In this document: positions 47,816-58,500 of the stretch, piece by piece
How positions within the stretch are numbered: the first letter of the stretch is position 1
How the letters are laid out: each line of letters starts with the position of its first letter
DNA from: a virus
Reading direction: 5' to 3' (one strand)
Length of the DNA stretch: 64,000 nt
Virus record (IMG/VR): IMGVR_UViG_3300047509_000103
Coordinates: 16,858-80,857 of that record
The notes under the pieces: generated by a model
Seen by the model: the letters and a program-made list of their open reading frames with translations, nothing else
Database searches by the model: none
Told to the model about the DNA's origin: nothing
Program-made: the position numbers and the translations under genes

Positions 47816-49564
47816 ATGGCACTCGATCCGAGCTACCTGAACGACATCAATGGCGACAGCGATAAGACGCAATCTGTCTACAAGCCGAAGCGGAATCTAT
47901 CTACTGCCGGCGTGCCATCTGTTGATAACGCATCGGCGAATCCAACCACTGAGGCGGGTAAATCGGTATGGGACAATTTCAGTCCAGGTGCAGCAACTGG
48001 GTTGAATATTAGGTCTTTCTCCAATGTGCAGGACGACACGCAGCGCGCGTCCGCTGCAGCACAAAACAAGGCTGATAACACTGCGATGTATGGCGATCCG
48101 GCAAAATACATTGCCGGGTCGAAACCGCCTGTAGACCTACGTCAACCAGCACCTTCCGTATTCAGCCCGGACGCTTCGCAACCGACCGTGCTTAACCCGC
48201 TTGGGCGAGTGACGACAGGCGTGCAGCCGCCCATCGTGCCGCCAGCTCCATCAGCACCTGCCAGAAGTCTCTCCGGATCGCCGCCGCCCGGCGCTGCTGG
48301 TGCGATGGTTGGTGCCATTCCTGCGGTGGCAACCGCTGGACCAATATCAAAGCCTGGCACTGCTGGTGCGACGGACAATGGCGATCCCGCCAACACTCCA
48401 GACATCACTTACGACCCGCAGAACCGAGGTTTGCCGAACACCACCGCGAGCATCCCCGATGCGAAAGCATTGGCTGCTGTGCGCGACAAGGCCATCAGTG
48501 ATTACCAGGCGCCGTCGACAGGCGCTCCGAAGTCGTTCGCTGATCGCGCAACGGCGTCTGGTGGTGTGAAGCAGGCGGACGGCTCCTACGCATTCAGCAA
48601 CATGCCGGCGCAGCCTGGATACAACGCTAACCTCGATTCGCTTGGCGACAACGCCAATGTCGTCAGCGCGCGGAACATGGCAAATCCAGGGCTCGGGACG
48701 AACGGCTACACCCCGACGACTGATCAAGGTGTCGGCTCGACGGCGTATCGAGGATTGACCAACGCCATCGCTGATGCGCGCAGCGACAACCAGAAAACGC
48801 AACGAGGCGCGCTGTCGGACATTTATTCGATGGCTAACCAAGACCCGCGTTCAGTGTCTGGAACCGCTGCGCGCAATGCGGCGATCGACCTCAAGAGCGA
48901 TCTTGAATCTGCTGGTCGATATGCGCACGGAAGAAACATCGCACAGGTACAGCAAGCGGCGATCGATCGGTATAGGAGCAGTATTGGTGCTGCTCCCGGG
49001 ATGCTGTCGGAAGGCATGCACGACGAGGCCGGCACGAATGACGAGGCGATGCGTGGCCTCACGTCACTCGGCACCGCAACGTTGAACAACGATGCGCGCG
49101 TGAACGCCGCGGAGGCGCACGCGAATGCAGTGATCCACGGCGCCGACCAGCGGCTTACTGGAACGCAGTACAACGCGGACCAGCGGTTGACAGGCACGCA
49201 AGACACCAACTCGGCACGTCTTGGCGTGGCTGGTACCGCTGCTGATGCAAGGGTTGCCGCTTCGGCCAATGCAACCAACCGCACGGCCGCATCCGTAGCG
49301 GCGAATGAAGCCGTTGTGGATGAGTACATCAAAAATCATCCGAGCACCACGCGAGAGGATGCGTACAAGCTGGCCAGGCTTCCCTACCCATCAGCATCTG
49401 TGCAGATGCAATCGAGAAACCTCTCGCAACCGGCGAGCGCGCCTCAATCAAGCGCGCAAACGCCTAGCGTTCCGGCGGGCATGAAGTCGTTCGCTGGTTA
49501 TTCATCGCGCGGCAATCCGGTGTTCCTTGACGCAAATGGCAACAAGCACGAGGCCGTTCAATAA
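47816..49564 (+). CDS. putative ejection/internal virion protein
   Basis: low-complexity Ala/Gly/Thr; ADQRLTGTQ tandem repeat; precedes the giant gene. Confidence 0.7.
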   Translation: MALDPSYLNDINGDSDKTQSVYKPKRNLSTAGVPSVDNASANPTTEAGKSVWDNFSPGAATGLNIRSFSNVQDDTQRASAAAQNKADNTAMYGDPAKYIAGSKPPVDLRQPAPSVFSPDASQPTVLNPLGRVTTGVQPPIVPPAPSAPARSLSGSPPPGAAGAMVGAIPAVATAGPISKPGTAGATDNGDPANTPDITYDPQNRGLPNTTASIPDAKALAAVRDKAISDYQAPSTGAPKSFADRATASGGVKQADGSYAFSNMPAQPGYNANLDSLGDNANVVSARNMANPGLGTNGYTPTTDQGVGSTAYRGLTNAIADARSDNQKTQRGALSDIYSMANQDPRSVSGTAARNAAIDLKSDLESAGRYAHGRNIAQVQQAAIDRYRSSIGAAPGMLSEGMHDEAGTNDEAMRGLTSLGTATLNNDARVNAAEAHANAVIHGADQRLTGTQYNADQRLTGTQDTNSARLGVAGTAADARVAASANATNRTAASVAANEAVVDEYIKNHPSTTREDAYKLARLPYPSASVQMQSRNLSQPASAPQSSAQTPSVPAGMKSFAGYSSRGNPVFLDANGNKHEAVQ

Positions 49565-52500
49565 TGGATTTGAAACCCTACGATGGCGACGTACTGAGCG
49601 CACCGCCTGCGCCACAGGCTACGCTACAGCCATACGATGGTGATGTATCAGCGACGGCGCCCGCCCGCACGTTGACGCAGGGCGCCGATCAACCAGGGTT
49701 GATGAACGGCGCTGGGAATCTATGGCGAGGACTGAGCGATTCTGTCGGCAACATCGCGAGCAGCGCCAAGGGCGCGTTGGAAACTGGCGCCGGGCAAACC
49801 GTCCGTGGACTCGAAGATGTCGCCAGCCGCATTCCAGGCGCTGCGACGCCAGAACAGGCAAGCGAAACAGCAGCGGCGCTTGACAAGACACCACTGCGCG
49901 CACTCGCCCCAGCGGGGCTGTCGTTCAGCGACATCATCAATGCACCGAGGACGTTAAAGGCCGCCGGCGAAGCCGCGCAGGCCTCGACGACGCCGGAATT
50001 CAAGGAAGCCACGAGTAAGGGCATTCTTGATCCTGGCGGATTCACGCCGACAAACATCGCTAGCAAAGCGGTTAACACGGTCGCTGGCATGGCGGCTCCG
50101 ATGGCTTTGTCAATGGTACCTGGCATAGGTCAGGTAGCGGGCCCAGCAGCGTTCGCTTCCCAGGGCGAGGCGGCCGGCCGCGAAGCAGGCGAGCAGCAGG
50201 TCAAAGCGCTGACCGACGAACAGATTGCTGCGATTCCTGGTTACGAGGGGATGTCTCCTGCTGATGCCCGCGCAAAGCTATCTGATGATGTTGCAAACAG
50301 ACAGGCACTAGTGCAAGGCACGTTCGGTGGCGTACTCGGCGTAGTGGGAAAGATACCTGGCGTAGAGGCGCTTGGGGACGCGGCCGCGGGCACGCTGAGT
50401 AGGGTGTTGTCGAAACCGATTGCCAATCGCGTTGGCGCAGGCATTGGCGAAGCTGCTGGATTCGGCGGCATCAATGCGGCCGGGCAGGTTGTCGGCAACG
50501 TCACGAATCCGATTCCGACGGACACATTCGCGGGAGTGCCAGAGGCTGCGGCAAGCGGGTTGGCGCCAGGATTTGCGATGGGCGCACTGCGCGGACTTCA
50601 TGCGCCGGCAGAAACAAAACCCGGGAACACCAACGCCGACCTACTCAAGGCCGCGAATCCAGGTGCGCCTGATGTGCGTGCGCCAGGGCAATCGGAAGAC
50701 GCCCAGGCCGTCGTCGCACCAGGTTCTGGTACTGCACCACCACCGCCGGCGGCTCCTGCGCCACCCAATCCGATCGATCAGGAAATCATCAAGCAGCGCG
50801 CTGCGCCGACCGGCCCGATCGGCAAAGTCGTTGCCAACATGCAGACGACGGACGAAGCCGGTCCTATACCTGATGCTTCGCTCAACGTAGAGCTTGCCAA
50901 TTCCGCTCAGCCGCAAAACGACGCCAACGCGCCATTGCAACTGACGCACGACAACACGATCAAACTGGGCGGCCCGATTGCGCCAGCGGAGCCGTTCGGC
51001 GGCGCGGGCCTCGATGAGCCATTCCAGGGTGCTGACGCGCGCGCAGCCAGCGATGCTGTGCCGCCACAACCGCCGCCAGCAAGTAGCGAACTTGCGGTAC
51101 AGCCGCAAACCCCGCCACAGCCGCTACCGTTCGTGCACGCGCAGGACTTGCGCGAAATGGTTGACCAGCGGATCAGCGCATTGCACGACGCCTTGCACTC
51201 GCGCGACCGCCGTATGACACAAGAAGAGTTGAGCCAGTACCAGCAACTGCTGGCGAACTACGACCAGCCATACGAGTTGGCCGGCCTGATGGGCGTGTCG
51301 GTTGACCCGGCGACGATCGGCAAGACGAAGGCGGCTGGAAAAGATGCCGCCGTCGCGCCGAAAGCAGTGAACCCCGCGCCCGTTGGCGCCGGCGAAACGC
51401 AAGTCCAGGAAGCCCAGCGCACGCCGTTCGATCTTCCTGGCGCGGCGCAGCAACGCCAGTTTGTGGCAGACATGCAGGCGCATGGCGTGCCTGACGACGT
51501 CATCCAGCAGCACATGCCGCACGCGCCGAAAGACAGCGTGACCGGCTTCTATGACGCGCGCGCGGACAACATGAAGACGCAGACGGTGCAGCGCGCCATC
51601 GACCACGTCGGCAATACTGGCGAGCCGGCGCAGTACGTGTCCGGAGATATCTTCAATCTCGGCGGATTGAACAGTCACGTCGGCAACAAGGCCGAGGCGG
51701 CGAACGTGCACTACCGCGCCGTGTCTGAAATTCTCGCCGATGAACTTGGCAAGACTGGCGCCGACGTGATCCCCATGCGCACCGGTGGCGACGAGGTCGG
51801 TGCGCTCGTGGTGGGCAGCCATCCAGACGCGACGCGCCAGGCTGTTGCGCGTGCACAGCCACGTATTTCGGAGTACGCTAAACAGAATGGCCTGGATGCG
51901 ATACCGCATTCAAGGCGCCCAGGCGAGCAGGGCTTCGGCATGCACATTGGTGTTGCCGATATCAAGCCTGAGAGTACGGTAAAGGAAGTTCTCGACACCG
52001 CCGACAATGGCGTCAACATATCGAAGCATGGTGGAGACAATGTCGCACGAAGCACGGCTGGAAAGACTGGGGCTACTTCACCTGAAGGACAAACCGGAAG
52101 AGCTGTACCAGGCGTCGTTGAAAGCGGTGTCGGACGCGCACCTGAGAAACGTGCTCCGGGACGCCAAGCGGGAACAGGACAAGGCCAAAAGCCAGACGAA
52201 GGCGAAGTAGCCCTCGCCACACAACCGAAACCCAAGACGCCGCCGAAAGGTGGCGTTTCTGCTTCTGTAGGCACGATCACGCGTGCCGAGGATGGCACGC
52301 AAGCCGTTCACACCAGCGTTGGCCAGCGCAAATTCAACGACACCGACTACGATGTCGGGCTGCTCGGCTCATCGCAGAAAGACGGCACGGTCGTGTTGCA
52401 ACGTGGGCTTGACTACACCGTTCCGGACAAGCCTGAATACTCGCGCATCAAGGGCCTGGACGTGCGGCCGCTGTACGCGGAGCACGAAGCCGTTGAGCGT

Positions 52501-55500
52501 GACACAGAGGATCGCGGCACCAACTACAGCAAGTCGCACTACGATCACGCGATTCCTGCTGAGCACAAGATGCTGCTCGAAAAACTTGGCCTCAAGGCGG
52601 GTACGCCAGAGGCCGACGAAGCTATCCGACAGTACGATGCTTTCAGCGACGAACAGGTCAAGCAAGCCGCTGCGGTCAAGAACCCGAAGGTTGCACCGGA
52701 TCTGCTTGAGCTCCCCTACGAGCATCCACACAATGCCGAGCAACGCCGTCTGCTGGCCGAGACGGAAACCAACAAGACGAACGTCGCCAAGCCGAATGTC
52801 GGTGATGCCGACGCACATGCCGATCTACGCCGCGCGCTGCAACGCATCGCGAGTGGCGACGCACCGGATCGCGTACTGGCTGGCGAAAACCGCGACACCA
52901 TCAACGCAGTCGCCAAAGCGCTCGGGAAGGAATACAGCCCGAAGGCCAGCGATGCGAAAGTCATCGACAACCTTGGCAAGCTCGCGATCGCCGATCGGAT
53001 GAGCGCGGCGCGTGCCGCCCACGGCAAACTGCCTGGTGGCGCTGTCGACGAGGCCGCGCGCGCGTCTGCCGCGCACCCCGAAGCAGAGAAGCCAGCCACG
53101 CCAGCGCAGCAGGAAGCTGGCAATCACAAGATGGGGCACGTCGACGTGCACGGCATGGACGTCACCATCGAAGTGCCAAAGGGCGGCCTGCGCAAGGGCA
53201 CGAATAAAGCCGGCGTCCCGTGGGAGCGCGAACAGCGTGCGGGGCTGATCGATCGCGCCGGGCAGCGCGCAGTGACGGTTGCCGGCGAGAAGTTCAGCAG
53301 CGAGCCGGACGCGTTGCGGGCTTTGCATGCCGAGATTGATAAACAGAAGGGCGACGACGCGTCGGCAAAATACACCATTGAAATTGGCGGCAAACAGTAC
53401 ACCGCGAAAGACAAGGCAGAGGAAGCAATTCGCAGCACGCTCGGCGATCACGAGCCGTTTGAGGCGACGATTGGCGACAAGACGTTCATCCGCCGCTATG
53501 ACGCCGCAAAGGAAATCGCGCATGCGCTGAACAGCGAGAACGGCGAAGTGGCGAACAAGCGCGTCGGAACCCTGTATGGGTTTCCGCTTGTGGCAGACGC
53601 TGACGCACACCAGCGCCACGGTGTGCAAGTATTCACCACGTCGTTGAGCGTGCTTGGCAAGGACGGCCAGGTTCTACTGTCGCGTGAGACAGAGGAACGG
53701 CCGACGGCCGAAACAACGCCGCAGGCGCTTAGGGGCGCTCTATCAGGGCTCGCGGCAGATCTTGCTGACAACTACGCGGCGAAGCGTGAGGCAGATGTAA
53801 ACCGCAACATCGAGAACGCCAAGGCCGATATTCCAGACATCAAAGAGCGGCTTAGCAAGCCGTTTGAGTACGCTCAGGAGCTGGCAGACAAGCGCGCACG
53901 CCTGCACGCGGTGGTTCAGGAACTGGCGGCAAGTTCAGAATCCAACAGCAGACGCACGCCGGACGAGCCGGCGCCACCGGCAGCGCCTGGATCTTTCTCC
54001 AAGAGTGCCGGCGAAGGTGGCGGCGCTAAAACGACCGAGCTGCGCGCCGCGATCGCCGAAGCCACGAAGAACTGGGGCGACAACGCTCCTGACTGGCGCG
54101 TCGTCGACACGCCCGAGCAACTGCCAGCAGCAGCGAAGCGCGACCCGGGTTACACGAAGGCGCGCGGCTACTACGACGGCAAGACCGCATATGTAGTGGC
54201 GAGCAAGCACGCCGATGTCGAGGGAGCACTGCGCACGCTAGCGCACGAGGCTGTTGGTCACCATGGCATTGAGAACATCGTCAACGACCATGTCAAGGGC
54301 GGCTGGGACCAGCTCGCCGGCGACATCGATCGGTTGCGCACGCAAGGCCTCGGCAGCGAGAAGATGCGTGCGGTACTGGCCGACGTCGAGAAGCGCTACC
54401 CAGGCGCCGACAAGACCACCTTTGCGAAAGAAACATTGGCCGTGATGGCCGAGCGCGGCATCAAGAACGGTCTGCTGGCGCGCGCGGTGGCCGCGGTACG
54501 CGCGTTCGTCCGCAAGCTGCTTCCAAGCCTGAAGTTCGGCGAAGCGGATCTGGGTAAGCTGCTGCAGCACAGTGACGAGTATCTGAATGACGCCGAGGGC
54601 CAGCGCGCGCGGCAGGAAACGGTAGGCGCGATGGCGTTCGACAAGGCGCCGCCCACCGACTCGCCGGAATTCAAGAAATTCTTCGGCAGCAGCAAGGTCG
54701 TCGACAAGGCTGGTGTGCCGCGCGTGGTGTTCCATGGCACGGGTGAAGACTTTTCAGTGTTCGACCCTGGCAAGAAAGGCGCTGCTACATCACACACGAC
54801 GGCGCCGCTTGGTCACTTTTTCACCGAAGACCGCGCGCGCGCCGCGCGGTACGCGGAGAACGCCAGCGGCGGCCGCCCAGCCGACGAGCGCATCGTCGAC
54901 GCGTATTTGAACGTCCGCAAACCCTACGAGATGTCGCTCAAGGAGGCACAGGAAATTGATTCGCCCGAAGACGCACACGCGCTGCAGGAGCGTCTGCGCG
55001 CCGAGGGCTACGACGGCGTGCACATCAAGGAGCCGGGCACGTGGATCGCTTTCGACAACAATCAGATAAAAAGCGCTTCGGAGAACCGCGGAACGTTTGA
55101 CCCGAATCACCCAGACATCACGTACCGCCGCACCGATCGCACCGCCGACAACACGCACGATTCTGTCGCGTCCGCGCGTCGCGAGGCTGGTAACGTACTC
55201 GGCAGTGGCAGCCTTGAGCGGTTGGAAAAGGCCGGCGTGCAATTCATCACGCGCGCCGATCTGGATAGCATGGACTTGGCAGCAGGATCGGCGCGCTTTG
55301 CCGATGGCTCGTCGGTGAGTGGCCGTCCACTGACCGAATCCGAGAAGGATGGTGTCCGTGGCGTAACAATTGATGGCACGCCGCATATCGTCGCCGACAA
55401 TATCCCGAAGGGGGATGTCGCCAAGACCATCGTGCACGAGGTTGTACACGCGAACATCGAGCAGGTGCTCGGCGGTACGCAGGGCGTGCGAGAGATCGCC

Positions 55501-58500
55501 AACATTATCCATCGCCTTGCCGGGCTGAAGGACAAGGCTGGCAACCTTCTGCATCCCGAACTGCGCGCTGCGGTGGACGAAATACCAGCCGACACGTCGC
55601 CGAACAAGTATCACGAGGAAATCATCGCGCATGCCGGCGAGTTCCTGCACGACGATAGCCTGTGGCGTCAAATCAAAGACAAGGTTCTGACGAACCTGGC
55701 CAAGCTCGGCATCGGTCGCAAGTGGGCAGACACCAACGAAGCGCTGATCCGCGGCATCGTGCGCGACACGATGCGGGATTACCAGAATCCAAAGGCGGTA
55801 GCAGGTCGCGAAGTCCCGGCCGGAAAAACTGCTGGCACCGCGGGCGAATCGCCCATTTCTGATCAGATCAAGACGAATGTGGGATCGCCAATTTCTGATG
55901 AAACTCCGGCGCCGAAACCTGGTGCCGAGCCGATCGCGACTGGCGACCGCGTGCGCGTCACGACCGGCATTGCCGCCGGCAGGGAAGGCACGGTCATTCG
56001 CCGCGATGCCGACGCTACGCGCATCCGTCTGGACAATGGCGAAGAAGTCGGCTTGTCGAACAAGGTGGTCGAGCGCGCCGAAGTGAAGCAAGCCGGTGAG
56101 CCGCGCGGCGCCGACACGGACACCACCGGCATCAAGAACGCCAAAACAGCGGAATGGGCTGCGGCGCACGGTCAAGAGCACGTCCGAGCCGAGGTTCATG
56201 GCCGAGAAGCCGCTCAGGCCGAGGCGCGTGATCGCCTTGCGCGCGATCCAGCCGCAGGCCAGAAGCTCGCTACTGAGCTGTCAGAGAACCCGCGCCGTGC
56301 CGTCACTGACACGGACGCAGCGCTGATGAACCTGCACTTGGGCGATGTCCGGCGGGCGCACGTGGCGTCTGTGGACAAGGTCAACGCCATGGCTGACTCG
56401 AAAGACGAGCAAGCCAAGGTCCGGGCGCAGCTGGAAATGGAGGGTATGGATGCGCAGTTGGGCACGGCCGAGCGTGCCGGTGCAGTGGTGCGCGAGCGCT
56501 GGCACTCGCTTGGCATGGCGTTGCAGGACGAAGTTACTCCGGAGGGTTTGTTCGCCCGCTGGAAGAATTACGTCCAGGCGCGCGGCGGCGGCAAGCCGCT
56601 GTCAGCTGAGGCTCAGGGCAAGATCAAGGAACTGACGGACAAGATCGCCAAGCTGGAGCAGCAGATCTCCAGCAAGCGCGGACGCGGCACGACCGCGCGC
56701 GATCCGAAGGAGCGCTACGCAGCGATCCGGGCCAAACTGGAAGAAATCGCCAAGCGGCAGGATACGGCTGCCGCCTACGCACGCGACAATGGAGTCAGCT
56801 TCGCAGAGGCGATAAAACGGTTCCAGAGCGACGCGCCGAAGCCAACCGCAGAGCAGCTCGCGAAAAACGCCAAGGCTGAATCAGCCATCGAGCGGGAAAT
56901 GAAGCAGGGTGGGTCGAAGCAGGACGACGTTGCTTTTGCCCGCAGCAGGGACGACGAAGAGCGCAATCTGGTACGCCAGATGGCCAGGGCGTTGGTCGAG
57001 GGTGGCGAGACGGATGCGCAGGAACTGGTCAATCGCATCCATGAGGATGTCGGCGCGACGGCCAAGCTATCGCGCGACATGGTGCGCAACATCATCGCTG
57101 GCGTGGTGAAGGGTGCGGCTCCAACAAAGCCAGAACTGACGGTGCGGATGGAAGCTATCCGCAAGGAACTTCGCGCCGAGTACGCCGCCAACAAGCAGGA
57201 CAGCCGCCGCGATACGACGCGTCAGAAAGCGCTGCGCAAGCAGATGGGCGACATCGAGCGCCGCATCAAACAGGGTGACTTCTCGAAGGTAAAGCGGGAA
57301 GCGCCGAAGTACAGCGAGGACACCTTCGATCTGCAGCGGCAGGTGAACATTGCCAAGCGTGGACTGGAGAAGGCCGCGACCACCGCCGAGAACGCCAACA
57401 AGAGTCTTCCTGGGCGGATCGCTGACGGTGCGATCAAGATGCAGCGTCTTTTCATTCTGTCCCACCTGTCGGCCTTGCAGAAATTGCCTCTGGCCGCTGT
57501 GACCAAGATGGCGATTACGCCGCTTGAGGAAGCCATCGGCTCTGCACTTCGCCGCATTCCCGGTTTGTCCAGGATTGCCGAGATGGCCCCGCGCCACGGA
57601 CATGGCTTCACGCCGGCGGCCGAGGCGGAAGGCGTGCGCGGTATCCGCATGGCCGGCAAGGGTGCTGGGCAGCTATTCCGCCAAGGCTACGACTGGCTGG
57701 ACGACGAGTACGGATCGAAGTGGAAGGGTGCCGATGAGTGGTCGAACCTGTCAGGTCGCGTCCATTCGATGATGAAGGAGCCGGCAAAGCTCAATGAGTT
57801 CTACCGCAGCTTCTACCTGCGTAGCCAGCACGCGCGCGATCAGGCCATACGCGACGGCATGACGCCGACGCGGGCCGACGCCTACATCGACCAGCCATCG
57901 GTAAAATACATGATCGGCGAAGCGGCTTATGCCGACGCGCAGGAAGCCATCATGCAAGGCAAGAATGCGTTGGTTGACGCGATCGACAGCGCGGTGCGCA
58001 GCATTGGTCACTCCAGCGCCGGCGGAAAAGTGGTAGAGCGACTGTTCAACATCCTCGTTCCGATCAAGAAGGTTCCAGGCAATATCGTCAAGGAGGCTAC
58101 GAGCTACGCCGGTGGTGGAATCAAGGCGCTACCGAAGCTGATCCAGGCCGTACGCAAGGGCGTCGATAGTCTGACGCCGGAGCAGGCCGACTACGTGATG
58201 AAGAACCTGAAAAGGCAGTCCGTTGGCGTGGTGCTCATGGGGATCGGTTACACGCTCGGCCCGGCGATTCTTGGCGGTATTGAGAACATCTTCAACGACG
58301 ACCGCGACGAATACAAGAAGCGCATGGCCAGTGGCAAGCCGCTGACCGGAACCGCCAAGGTAAACGGTGTGTACCTGAATCCGAACTTCTTTCATGCGCC
58401 GGCAACATCCGCGATCCAGGCCGGCGCGCAGTTTCGGAAGATGCTCGATGACGAAGGCCGCAAGGCAACCTTCGAGAAAGGACTTGGCGACATGCTGAAG

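Noticed and set aside
54790-56199. Long antisense ORFs (also 25418-26734, 18434-19600, 31442-32635)
   Set aside because: Shadow frames of high-GC genes; no motifs or convincing RBS
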